From assembly GCF_964194025.1 (NCBI RefSeq), contig NC_134473.1, positions 5,456,001 to 5,520,000 on the forward strand: 64,000 nt of DNA. Direction: 5' to 3'. The translations under genes were made by a program, and so were the position numbers. This document shows positions 11,761-24,096 of the stretch, in pieces. The first letter of the stretch is position 1. Every line of letters begins with the position of its first letter. This stretch comes from Convolutriloba macropyga. Taxonomy: Eukaryota. The notes beneath the pieces were generated by a model. It was not told where the DNA came from and did not search any database. It was given only the letters and a program-made list of their open reading frames with translations.

Positions 11761-14700
11761 TTCGAAAGGCGAGATCTTTGTCGTTCTTTTTTTACATATT
11801 CGCAATTGTTGTATTATTATCTTTAATGCATGTTTTATATGAAAAGCGTGAGCAGACGATTTCCCTCTTTAATACATGCAAGTCTATTTTAATCGTTTGA
11901 ATAAGTCTTTTACCAGTCCAATAGCACGATGATCATTCACTGGAGCTTCAATTATGTCGATATTATTTTTGTTACAAAAGGTCTTACTTGATTGCCAACC
12001 AAACTTTTTGCTTGGTCCAGTCGAATGGATCGTGGAATTCCGTGATTTTCAATATACATGTCCAAAAATTTTAGAACACTTGGTCCGTTAGCCTTGTCAT
12101 AAATACATGCAGTGGGGTATTTAGAAAAACGGTCGATAGCTGCTAAGAAGTAATTTTCATTACCCTTTTCATCAAAAATTGGACCTCCAAAATCAATTTG
12201 AATTTCTTGATTTGGCTCAACGCAAGGTACGTGAGGATTAAATTGCTTAGCGTGAATAACAGATTTAAGATTCTTACCAATCACCGTGCAGGGCTTGCAT
12301 TCTGTAGCTTTAACGATAAGCTTGCGATGCATGTATGGCCACAAGCAGTGCGTGGTCATGTATATCATACCCCATGTGCCCGGATGACTGGAGTGTATGT
12401 CGTCAGTCATCGCCTCTCGCAGAACGTTCGGTATGGCGACCTTTTCATCGATACATACACACCCGGAACGTACATGGAGATCTCTCCAATATGAGTGTAT
12501 GTATGGGTTCAGGGCTTTGAGGCGACTTTCATTGGTTGTTAGGATGCAGTCCCGGACCTCTTTTAGTACTGCGTCCTTGCTGGTCAGTGACGCAATTAGA
12601 GATTTATTAAAAATCTTTGATACGATGTATTCAAATGTTGGTACATGTGGGCTGGGTGTGAGAGGGGTACTTGCGTTGGTTGAGTGAGCCGGAGATGTTG
12701 GCGTTGTTATTGGTGGGGAATTTGCTGCGCGGGTGTTGTTTGAAGGTTCTTGTCGCTGACTTGCGGTGCGTGAATTGCCTGGCGAATTAGAACGCAGACT
12801 TGCGGGGCGAGTTGCGTTTTGAGTAGATGACTCTTGATTCGCCGTGCGAGATGCGTCGTTGAAACGAACGCGAGTGATGCGCTTTTTAGAGGGCATTATG
12901 TTACTGATTTTGTTTATGCAGTTTATTTCTGACAATGATTTAGATGATAATGAATTTTTGAATTGAAATTGTACGACTGAATTGTAGGGTGACTAGAGGC
13001 AAAAAGCACTGATTTTGTTTTTGGGTGGTGACTTTTAAAGATATTCGAGGAATGTCTCCTAATTGACGGGATTTTAGATTGAATAATTTGAGGCTCGCGC
13101 GGCGCGAGAGCTAATTCATTCCGAATTTGGAATAATTGTTTACGCTTACTGGTATTTCGCTGAGAGAGAGAAGTGTTAAGTGGATTTTGTGACGCGGGTT
13201 CTACATATTTTAAATTATTTAAATTACAATTAGTAATTGAGACTAACTTTCGCGGAGCAGGGGAATTATAATAAACATGTTTGTATACTCGTGCCGCGTG
13301 TGTGTTAATTAAGTTTATCGCCTTATTGTTGGCATCAATTTTAGGTGTGATTTGTAATGCGGGATTGTGTACCTCAATTTTAGGTTTGATTTGTAATGCG
13401 GGATTGTGTGCCTCAATTTTAGGTGTGCTTTGTAATGCGGGGTTGTGCTATTAATAATTTGTGTAAATGAGATGCAGGTTTTGTGTTATTTAATTCCAAT
13501 GAATTAATAGATGTAGAAATTAACTTTAATTTTGCTACAATGAATTCCTCATCATACGCGGAGACTTTTTTAGCTTTTTGAGACGGGTTTCTAGAAATGT
13601 AGTCAACTAAACCCTTTTTTGCCCCGGGAAGATGTTCAATGTCAAATTGAAATGGGAGTAAACGATCGATCCAGCGGGTTAATCTGCTGTTGTATGACTT
13701 ATTCGATCTATTTTCTTTCATCATAGATAGAAGGGCACGATGATCCGTAATTACTATAAAATTTTTTCCGTACAAATAATTTTTAAAATATTCAATTGGC
13801 CAAACTACACCCAGAAGTTCAAGTTCGTTTACGCTATAACGTTCTTCTCAAGAATTTGAAAACCGAGACGTAAATGCGATTGGTTTCCACTCATCAACTG
13901 TCAATTGTTCAAGTGCTGCTCGAGACCGGAACGAGACGCATCGCATATTACGTGGGTTTCGAAAGGTGAGATCTTTGTCGTTCTTTTTTTTACATATTCG
14001 CAATTGTTGTATTATTATCTTTAATGCATGTTTTATATGAAAAGCGTGAGCAGACGATTTCCCTCTTTAATACATGCAAGTCTATTTTAATCGTTTGAAT
14101 AAGTCTTTTACCAGTCCAATAGCACGATGATCATTCACTGGAGCTTCAATTATGTCGATATTATTTTTGTTACAAAAGGTCTTTACTTGATTGCCAACCA
14201 AACTTTTTGCTTGGTCCAGTCGAATGGATCGTGGAATTCCGTGATTTTCAATATACATGTCCAAAAATTTTAGAACATTTGGTCCGTTAGCCTTGTCATA
14301 AATACATGCAGTGGGGTATTTAGAAAAACGGTCGATAGCTGCTAAGAAGTAATTTTCATTACCCTTTTCATCAAAAATTGGACCTCCAAAATCAATTTGA
14401 ATTTCTTGATTTGGCTCAACGCAAGGTACGTGAGGATTAAATTGCTTAGCGTGAATAACAGATTTAAGATTCTTACCAATCACCGTGCAGGGCTTGCATT
14501 CTGTAGCTTTAACGATAAGCTTGCGATGCATGTATGGCCACAAGCAGTGCGTGGTCATGTATATCATACCCCATGTGCCCGGATGACTGGAGTGTATGTC
14601 GTCAGTCATCGCCTCTCGCAGAACGTTCGGTATGGCGACCTTTTCATCGATACATACACACCCGGAACGTACATGGAGATCTCTCCAATATGAGTGTATG

Positions 14701-16162
14701 TATGGGTTCAGGGCTTTGAGGCGACTTTCATTGGTTGTTAGGATGCAGTCCCGGACCTCTTTTAGTACTGCGTCCTTGCTGGTCAGTGACGCAATTAGAG
14801 ATTTATTAAAAATCTTTGATACGATGTATTCAAATGTTGGTACATGTGGGCTGGGTGTGAGAGGGGTACTTGCGTTGGTTGAGTGAGCCGGAGATGTTGG
14901 CGTTGTTATTGGTGGGGAATTTGCTGCGCGGGTGTTGTTTGAAGGTTCTTGTCGCTGACTTGCGGTGCGTGAATTGCCTGGCGAATTAGAACGCAGACTT
15001 GCGGGGCGAGTTGCGTTTTGAGTAGATGACTCTTGATTCGCCGTGCGAGATGCGTCGTTGAAACGAACGCGAGTGATGCGCTTTTTAGAGGGCATTATGT
15101 TACTGATTTTGTTTATGCAGTTTATTTCTGACAATGATTTAGATGATAATGAATTTTTTGAATTGAAATTGTACGACTGAATTGTAGGGTGACTAAAGGC
15201 AAAAAGCACTGATTTTGTTTTTGGGTGGTGACTTTTAAAGATATTCGAGGAATGTCTCCTAATTGACGGGATTTTAGATTGAATAATTTGAGGCTCGCGC
15301 GGCGCGAGAGCTAATTCATTCCGAATTTGGAATAATTGTTTACGCTTACTGGTATTTCGCTGAGAGAGAGAAGTGTTAAGTGGATTTTGTGACGCGGGTT
15401 CTACATATTTTAAATTATTTAAATTACAATTAGTAATTGAGGCTAACTTTCGCGGAGCAGGGGAATTATAATAAACATGTTTGTATACTCGTGCCGCGTG
15501 TGTGTTAATTAAGTTTATCGCCTTATTGTTGGCATCAATTTTAGGTGTGATTTGTAATGCGGGATTGTGTACCTCAATTTTAGGTTTGATTTGTAATGCG
15601 GGATTGTGTGCCTCAATTTTAGGTGTGCTTTGTAATGCGGGGTTGTGCTATTAATAATTTGTGTAAATGAGATGCAGGTTTTGTGTTATTTAATTCCAAT
15701 GAATTAATAGATGTAGAAATTAACTTTAATTTTGCTACAATGAATTCCTCATCATACGCGGAGACTTTTTTAGCTTTTTGAGACGGGTTTCTAGAAATGT
15801 AGTCAACTAAACCCTTTTTTGCCCCGGGAAGATGTTCAATGTCAAATTGAAATGGGAGTAAACGATCGATCCAGCGGGTTAATCTGCTGTTGTATGACTT
15901 ATTCGATCTATTTTCTTTCATGATAGATAGAAGGGCACGATGATCCTTAATTACTATAAAATTTTTTCCGTACAAATAATTTTTAAAATATTCAATTGGC
16001 CAAACTACACCCAGAAGTTCAAGTTCGTTTACGCTATAACGTTCTTCTCAAGAATTTGAAAACCGAGACGTAAATGCGATTGGTTTCCACTCATCAACTG
16101 TCAATTGTTCAAGTGCTGCTCGAGACCGGAACGAGACGCATCGCATTTTACGCGGGTTTCGA
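11761..16162. repeat. Internal ~2.2-kb tandem duplication of the RNase H-linker-integrase segment (11761-13957 / 13958-16157)
   Basis: Near-identical ORF pairs 11952-12935/14082-15209 and 13419-13775/15619-15975. TTCGA microhomology at 11761, 13958 and 16158. Confidence 0.95.
14082..15647 (-). pseudogene. int: Long low-complexity linker plus integrase (HHCC zinc finger, DDE core)
   Basis: HSSHPG...CKPC, IDFGGP, AIDRFSKY, GIPRSIRLDQ. The frame is stop-free from 15647 to 14082, i.e. 146 codons upstream of the listed ORF start. Confidence 0.9.
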
Positions 16163-17265
16163 GTTGCGGGTTATAGTGGCTATTTGCGGTTGCGTTCGTG
16201 ATGCGATTTTTTATTTCATTGAAACAATTCTCATTTCCTCTGTCCAGATCAATTTTGATGTTTTTTTCAGCAATGGGTGGAGGGGATGACTAATTTGAGC
16301 AAGATTAGGAATAAATTTCCCGATGTAATGAACCGACCCCAAAAACGAGCGGAGTTTCTTTAGAGTTTTTGGAGCTTCAAGTGTTAAGATCGCAGCTGTT
16401 TTACTTTTGAGGGGCGAGATACCCGATTGTGAGATATGGTATCCTAGCCAAACAATTTCTAACTTTCCAAAATTACATTTAGGAAGATTAATCCTAAGAT
16501 TTTCATCGTCTAATCGTTTAAGACAGTTCATTACATAACTTTTATGTTGCTTCAGAGATCCTTTGCTAACGATCAAAATGTCGTCTAAAAAACAATATGT
16601 ATTCTTTAGACCAATTAGAGTGTAGTCCATAGCTTTTTGAAATTCTGCTGGCATATCTGTGAGCCCGTAAAATCCTGTTTGAAATCTGTAAGTGCCGGTC
16701 ATATCACCACTAATAATGTTAAAGTTACAATGATTAGCCGTGTTAGTATCTAAATTTAATTGACTGTAAGCGTACTTCAAATCAATTGTAGAAAAGTACG
16801 TTGTGTTTTGCGACGCAGGAGCACTAATTTGCTGGGAAATAGATTCGATTAGCGTATCAATATTTGGCATCTGATATTTAATCTTGTGAATGGCTTTGTT
16901 TAATAATTTTGAATCCAGTGCACGCTTTATCGTTTGATCTTTCTTTACGGTGACCACTATTGGTGATATGAAGTATTTATTAGGACAACTTGAAAGTTTT
17001 ATGATGTTTTTCACAATTTTTCAAGTTCGATATTGACTTTTTCTTGCAAATTAATTGGAATACGTCTACCTTTTTGATGTCTAGGTTGGAAATCTTTGTG
17101 GAATTTAGATTTTGCCACACGATTTTTTGATCTTCCGATACGCGATATCAATTCAGGAAAAGTTTTTGCGATTTGTTCTTTGAATTCTGGAGAGGAAATG
17201 TTGTTGACACGATTACCTTTTTGAGATGTAGATTGGGTCACTGCCAGTCCATGTTGGTCAAACAA
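15619..17265 (-). pseudogene. pol: Reverse transcriptase and RNase H, frameshifted
   Basis: SPIVVTVKKD, FSTIDLKYAYSQL, YGLTDMPAEFQ, FLDD, LRSFLG; RNase H segment with DH(RAL), RLTRW, IEHLPG, DYISR. Confidence 0.92.
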
Positions 17266-17335
17266 GTCACCGTCAATTAGGGACTTTAGTCCGTCAGCTA
17301 CAACTGTGAATGTCGCTGAATCACAAGTTCAACCC

Positions 17336-17957
17336 TTACTCGTTTTTGGAGATTATCTTTCCTTCGACCTGGATTGGTTCATTCGAGAAGGTCCGAAGTT
17401 GTGGAGACACCTTTTCGCTGATCCAGAAAGCGCGAGGACTGCTTTGTACCACTCGCGATGCGAGTGAACGGTTGAGAATACTGCATGCGCTACCGGAGTC
17501 CACGAGTAGTGTAGTGTTAATATTGCCAATCTTGATAGGTATGTTGAGGGGTTCTTGCAATAAAGGATGCGGCGACCTTCTACCCCGATGCTTAGGTAGA
17601 GTAAAGATACGGTTTTGCGATCCGCCAATGGCCACGGTTTTTCACCAGACATAACGACTTCAATTAGCCGTTGCCATTTGTTTTGCCAGTTCATTTTCTG
17701 CTGCGTGTTACGAGCGTTCCTCTCTCCGATTGTGCGGAAGCACCAACTATAGTTTCTTCGTATATTGGTTCGAGGGGAAGTTCCACCATCTCGGGTTTGA
17801 GTGCAAAGAGTGTATCGGGAATAATATTCTCTTTTGCCAACAGTGCCAATTTATATTGCACTCTCCATTTCTCCCAGCGAAGAGGAGGGTCAGGTGTGGG
17901 TTTGTCCCAGAACGGGTCGATTCCGAGAGGTGTACGTTTAGTTGCTGGCTGCGCCAT
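17336..17957 (-). pseudogene. gag-pro: Truncated, frameshifted gag fused to the aspartic protease region
   Basis: MAQPATK...FWDKPTPDPPLRWEKW gag N-terminus; protease motif LLVDSGSACSI in ORF 17336-17635. Most of gag appears deleted near 17555. Confidence 0.8.
17941..17956 (-). promoter_or_regulatory. Primer-binding site TGGCGCAGCCAGCAAC (tRNA-Ser-like)
   Basis: Starts with TGG directly after the LTR terminal CA. TGGCGCAG matches the complement of tRNA-Ser 3' ends (…CTGCGCCA). The tRNA assignment is inference. Confidence 0.75.
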
Positions 17958-18335
17958 GTCGTACTCTATTTATTTAGAGTAGCTATTCGCGATGCGGGTA
18001 CGCTAAGATTTGTTTAGACTGTGATTCGCGAAGCGGGATCCTGACTTGCGTATTCAACGCTTACTCGCGGAGCGGGATTTACAAAGAGAATTGTTTAACT
18101 GAATTTGGATTGCGAAGTTAAGAGAATAAATGTTAAACAAATCGTGAAGGCGTGATCAGACATGTCTGATCACGAAGCGGAAACCATGAAGGAAATGACA
18201 AACAGATCACGAGGTACTAAATGAACAAGTATTGTACAGTTTTTGAAGGGCAAATGAAAGAACTAATTTAAGACATCGTATGAAATATAAACTGCACCAA
18301 ATAAATTACTAAGGATGATATCCTTGGGTATCACA
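17957..18335 (-). repeat. 5' LTR (379 bp)
   Basis: Same sequence as 10065-10451 with roughly 14 substitutions and 3 small indels by eye. Confidence 0.95.
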
Positions 18336-19085
18336 CGTCCCTTGTTAAAACAATAACTGCTATCCAATAATAGAACAATACTGACTGAAATCGAGCACTA
18401 AAATCATTTAGGATAGTAAGTTAAGCAGTTTTGATTACTGATTTCGGTACTCGTTTTTGATGGTTACTCCACCCCGTCTAACTGCTTTCTTTCAAATTTA
18501 TTTGTACTCGTTAGTCGAATATCAATAGTCTATTATAAACTTTGCGGTTGCTCATGAGTTGGGTTCGTATAGTCCAATCAGAGTTTGAAATAGCCATTTC
18601 AATTAACATGTGCCATCATTGAAGTTTTAAAACGTGAATTATGATTGTCTCATGCTACATGGGGGGGGGGGGGGGGGGCGATTGTTCAAAGAAGAAGCTA
18701 TATACATCTGCATGTTTTGTTCAAAAGATATGTAGTATTGATTAAAACTGTTATCGGGGCATTAGTTTAATTTTTGCTTCATTGTAGTTCAGATGTAAAA
18801 CTGTTGATGTTATGAAAATGAGTATTGATTACAGTTTTACAGAATAGAAACTGATTAAAAGTTTACAATTTAAACACAGAGATGTAAAGAAAACTGGCAG
18901 CGTCTCAAAGTCTATATTGTTTCTTAATCTGTTTAATAATCGCCGCCGTAGGAGTTATTAATGACACATGAACACAAGTTTTAACGATTTTAGTTTTAGA
19001 TTTTGAATGAACTCTGTTTTGTCATGTTGGCCTCAAAACCGCAATGTTTGAACAATCTTGTTTATAGTTATCACGTCAGCTGCAA

Positions 19086-19910
19086 ATGTCGATTTTCTTC
19101 AGAAACTCTTTCTTATCTACTAACCTCATTCAGAAACTACTCAAATTTAAAGTGCATTATACAGTTTCGAACATAAGAAAAATGGTCTCTGTGAATTCTA
19201 TTGACTGCTCTCAATTGGATCAAACTCAAATCAAACTTTTGTCCGAACGGTGTATTGTTGTCGATTCAAATGATAACATCATCGGTTCGGATACTAAGAA
19301 AAATTGTCACTTAAAGACGAATATTAAGCAGAAGCGATTGCTTCACAGAGCCTTTAGTGTCTTTCTTTTCAATTCGGATGGATCGAAAATGTTATTACAG
19401 CAACGAGCTGCTTCCAAAATAACCTACCCTAATCTATGGAGCAATGCTTGCTGCAGTCACCCATTGTTTGAAATTGAAAAGGAACGGGACAGTTGGTTGG
19501 GGGTCAAATTAGCTGCTATTCGAAGAGTAAACTACGAACTTGGAATTTCTAATGAAAAATTTTCTGTCCAAGATTTTGCAGGGAAAGGACGCGTGCATTA
19601 CGAAGCTGAAAACAGCGTGAAAACATATCCTGATGAATTTATGGAACACGAAATTGACTATATATTGTTCGTAAAGAAAGATACTAATTTAGACAACGTG
19701 AATGAAAATGAAGTGAGAGCTGTGAAATGGGTGGATAAAGTGGAATTGAAAAAGTGGAATGAAGATAGTGGAAATGATTTCACTCCGTGGTTTAATTTGA
19801 TCGTGAAGGAAAAGTTGTTCTCACTGTGGGACCAAATGTTAGCTGATGGATTGAAAGAAGATGAACAAGATCTAAATGAAATTACAAGATGGGTTAAAGA
19901 AGAGTGCTGA
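19086..19910 (+). CDS. IDI1: Isopentenyl-diphosphate delta-isomerase type 1 (Nudix fold), intronless CDS
   Basis: KKNCH, LLHRAFSVFLF, LLQQRA-KITYP, catalytic NACCSHP and EHEIDY, FTPWF. Confidence 0.96.
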   Translation: MSIFFRNSFLSTNLIQKLLKFKVHYTVSNIRKMVSVNSIDCSQLDQTQIKLLSERCIVVDSNDNIIGSDTKKNCHLKTNIKQKRLLHRAFSVFLFNSDGSKMLLQQRAASKITYPNLWSNACCSHPLFEIEKERDSWLGVKLAAIRRVNYELGISNEKFSVQDFAGKGRVHYEAENSVKTYPDEFMEHEIDYILFVKKDTNLDNVNENEVRAVKWVDKVELKKWNEDSGNDFTPWFNLIVKEKLFSLWDQMLADGLKEDEQDLNEITRWVKEEC

Positions 19911-21061
19911 TTTTGATTTTTACCAAAATGTCTTGTGTGGATTGATATTTATACACGAATTCCAAATTAGATATATCATTATTTCGCCAATTTTTTTCTT
20001 TAAATCTTGTTTAAGGTAAAGTTGAAGGAACTAGCCAAAAAGTTAAGACCCCGCCCAATATTAGGTGCCTTTACCGTTTCTTTTTTGCTTTTTTTTTTAA
20101 ATCTGACTGAGTCCAATTTTCGGAACTGTTTCCTCCCCTGGAAAATAACCATCTTTAAAGGACATGTTTACACGTTTATCACAGTATGAATTGATTGATT
20201 CGAACTGTTGCTTGTGCGAAAATTAGTTTGTTCTCCCATTGTCATGAAAAGGAAAGCTTCGGTCACGTGTGAAAAAGTAAGCATTGCCCAAATTTCTTTA
20301 CTCTTATTTTGTTAATTTTATTTGAAATGTGGCTTGATTCATTTTAAACTCAGTTACCCTTGATTGTACTGATTGATAGCGAGATCTATCAGAAGAAAGA
20401 CTGTAATATCCATACTGCGCAAAAAAATGCAACCAATAATTTTGTTCAAAACCTCCTTGAAATGAGAGCTAGGAGTTTTATAGGACCCTGGCTTTTTTAT
20501 TAAGTCTAATTGAAAATCTAGCAAAAACACCTAGATAGATCAAGCGCTGTTAAGTGAATTCTAATAAAGTATGAAGCAATAATTGTAGCCATGTGTCTTT
20601 TTATGCTCTACCGCATTTTTGCTTTAATGTTTTTTGACTGGTTTGACTTTGCCGATCCCTTTTTCTAATTTGATTTCTTGCGTTTTATTTGGTCTGACTT
20701 GCTCTCTCATTTTCAATGTTAGGCACTTTAGCTGATTGGTGGTAGTTTACTACTGAAAGTCAAATGATTATTGAGCCGAAATTGATTTCATTTTTCCTCT
20801 AAAATAGTGGTCTAAAATAGCTCTAATGCCATCATTTGAAGCCCCTTTTGAATGTATCTTTGCTAGTTTTCCTTTGCTGAATCTGATTACAATTAAATTG
20901 TCTGTCCTTCGGGATCAATTTGTCCGACGTTAGTTGCTTTATGTTAAGAGTATGTTAAAGAGTTTTCAAATCTCGAGATTTTAAAGATTTGGATCATTCG
21001 ATTTCACTTTTCAAAGATTTTGATTGGAGATATCTAATTTCCGTTGAATATAGATTTTCAA

Positions 21062-24000
21062 CAAGGAGGCTCGGTAATGTGCGTACGCACATAATGTTCC
21101 GACCCCGCTCATCCACACTCTTGGCTTAATTGGCCACCAAAAGAAAGCGAAAACTTTCAAAAACTTACTTATCGTTCGATAATTCACAAATGGGATACCA
21201 TAAAGCCACGCTAGAGGGCCGATGGAACCCGCTGTTCATAGGACTACTAGAAACTACAATGAAAAATAAAATAATAATTAATTACGACCAAAACTCGATG
21301 TCTATATTAAAAAAATAACAACAAAATCAAACTCGCAACAAATAAAACCTAAACAAAATAAAATAAGCTATTCTTCATTAGAAAAGAGTCTGGACCTGTT
21401 CTCAATGCGACTGGGTAACAGGTCGACAAAAAGAGCAAACAGATGCGAAGTTCAAAAATACGTTTCAATTTTTAAAAACAAATTATTTCAAAGTGAATCT
21501 TATCATTAAATATTAACTGAAAACGCTTAAAATGTTCATTTATAGCTTCATAGAAAGCAATTGAGACCTGTCATTATCCAGTATACGTCATACCAGTAAA
21601 GAAAAGAAAGACAAATACCGGCAAAAAAAGTTCAAATCAACTTTGCGCGAAAAGGGTAGTGAAGACGCTAATATCATAAATCTCTTACTAAGAGCATCAA
21701 AATCTTGCACTTGCACAATTTTTCAAAGCCAATGGGACCCACCATTAATGTTGTAATTTAACAAGAACAAAAATCCTTTAAAATTTACAAATATGTAGTC
21801 GCAAACATTTTATAAAATTTTTTAGTAAGAGTAGTTACAAAGCCAAGAAACAAACGATTAAAACCAAAACCGTTAAAAAGATTAAAATATAGCTCACTGG
21901 AAACGTTCTTACCTCTCTTTACAGAGACTAAGCGACAAATCGTCCAAAAGCGATTTAAAAAACGTCGAAGCTCAAAAATCCAAATGTTTTTGAAAATATT
22001 TATTTTTAAAAACCGTAACAGATATAAGATTCCAAAAAGTTGATCAATTGGGTTGCAACTCCCCAGGAACCCTATTGCTCTGGTTATTATTGAGACTGAG
22101 TCGCAAGACTACAAAACAAAAAAACTATTACAGGCGGAAGCCCAAACTTCACATACAATTTTACGACATCACACTGTTTAAGGCATCCTAACTTTTTATT
22201 GTTAATCGCAAGAACTGTAAATCATCACTTGCTTCTTATCTGAACATCAACGGGTCTTCCTTATAAAAGGACTACATAGACAACAAAAAGAGACCCAAAT
22301 TTTGAACAATATAGAAATCTGGAAAGTTTTTTATGAAACTATTTGGTCGAAGCCATCAGTCAAAACATATAACCCAACAATGAAATAATCTTTGAATTAA
22401 TAATAGTATTTGAGACTTCTCATTGGTGAGGTTGAATACTTGATGACTAAAATAAAAGCAAATAGGGACAGTTGAAAAATTCTATTTAAAAAAATATATT
22501 GAAAGTTATTAAATTAAATAGCTATAAACAGAATCCTTTGAAAAGTTCCAGTTATACGCCATGGGAATGCAATCTTTATCAAGTAAATGTCGTACACTAA
22601 TAAGAAGAAAGACAAACATAGGCGAAGGTTAAAAAACCACTAACTTTGAGAGAACTCTGTATAAAATATTCAACAAAAGCCATTAACATTTTTCATATAC
22701 GTCTTTTCTCAACGCTTGTACATCGTTCCCATTTATCCTGTTTTTCAATTGGATGTGTCATTATTTCCTTGTCAATGTGATAATTCGACAAGAAAACGAA
22801 ATTAACTTACAAAAAAATTATTATGCTCAAAATAAAAAAAATGAAAACTCGTATGAAAACCTAGAAACCTTCTGTTATTTATAAAACCGTTAGAAACAAT
22901 ACTTCATAACTCATGGAAAATGGATCTCTCCTGTTTTTACTGAGACTACGCCTGAAGTTGAGAAAAATAAGATAAATTATTTGAAAAGTTCAAAAATTCA
23001 CCGGCATTTTCTTAAAACAAATGGATTCAGTCATAAGGGAAATTAGATGACAACTGAAAACATTAGGTTCACTTTTTCTTCTTTAACAACAATTGGAGCT
23101 TTGATCGGACAGACTGAGTCATTGGACTATAAAAAGCAGAACAAATGAAAGCAAGACATAAGAAGTCCAAAAAATTTTACAAAAATACTTGGTCAGTCAT
23201 AAGATCATGAGCTTAACTCTCTTAGGGCATCTTTTTTCGTAAACAGGATCTATCAATAATTGAGACAGTTCGATATTCTTGAGATTTCGATTTTCTTGTC
23301 AGTAATTTACATAGAAAACTGTAAATGCGGAAATGTTTTTTTTAAAAGAGAGCGCCCCATTTAAATCTAAAATTTTTCAACCATAAGGATCCATGGTGAG
23401 ATCAAGATCAGCCCTAATAATGCTGCACGGCTACAAATACACACATTTGTTCAAATGGTCGCGAAATAGATCAATTTTTCTTGAATTTTCTATATTTATC
23501 GAGTTTACAATAGCCAAAAACTAGCGATATTATAATTCCAGAATAGTCATAAAGCCGGCGGGAGTAAAACTAGCTCTTTTTGAGTTTAACAAAGAATATC
23601 AGTGCAGTTTCAAGGTGTCCACTTTCAGCAAATTTGAGGAAAGTGGGACAAAAAGGCGTATTTGCTCCCATTTTTGACGAAAAAGAGTCATAATTTTTGA
23701 AAAAATTTAGCTTTAATTCTAGTCAAAAACACGAATCGAACAATTCAGCAAACCTGCCCTATCTTAGGAGATAAAATAAATAACACTAGCGTTAACAATT
23801 TAAATATATTAAAGAAAATTATTAACGAAAATTTGGAAAAAATACGGAAAATGTGAATTAAAACAAGGTAATATTGTCCGCTCGCAATTCACAAGACTTT
23901 AAACTTCGGTAACTTCCTTTAAAAATCGAAAATCACAAAAATCTTTTTAATTCCATATTCTACCCTGGACGGGCTTTCTAATGATACCGCTCATAACTCT

Positions 24001-24096
24001 CTACGATGATTAAATCGATTGGTCAAAATTGTCTGAACAAAAAAAACTGTTTGAGTATATAGTTCCTCCCCCCACTAAAGTGGATCGGAACAATAA
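21062..24096 (-). mobile_element. ~3-kb non-coding HINE/DINE-1-like element (family D)
   Basis: Left end CAAG, perfect palindrome ATGTGCGTACGCACAT (21077-21092), sub-TIR TGTTCCGACCC (21095). Right end GTTCC...CCACT-AA-AGTGG-ATCGGAACA (24062-24092). The body is A-rich on +, opposite to the surrounding DNA. Confidence 0.65.

Larger units (their letters stand above)
10065..18335 (-). mobile_element. Gypsy/Ty3 LTR retrotransposon (possibly Mag-like), both LTRs present but coding region decayed
   Basis: Direct repeats 10065-10451 and 17957-18335 bounded by TG...CA. 5-bp TSD CGTCC at 10060-10064 and 18336-18340. PBS next to the right LTR. Domain order gag-PR-RT-RH-IN on the minus strand. Confidence 0.95.

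Noticed and set aside
8248-19910. Horizontal transfer or processed-pseudogene origin of the intronless ALDH7A1 and IDI1
   Set aside because: Both are intact, eukaryote-type sequences with presequences. No poly-A tail or TSD is visible. Intron loss is the simpler explanation, although a phylogeny was not run.
21091-24096. Ginger-like TGT...ACA element with a 4-bp ATAA TSD (21095-24092)
   Set aside because: Possible, but the adjacent perfect palindrome, CTTG end and terminal inner inverted repeat fit the DINE-1/HINE layout better, and no integrase is present. Empty-site data would decide.
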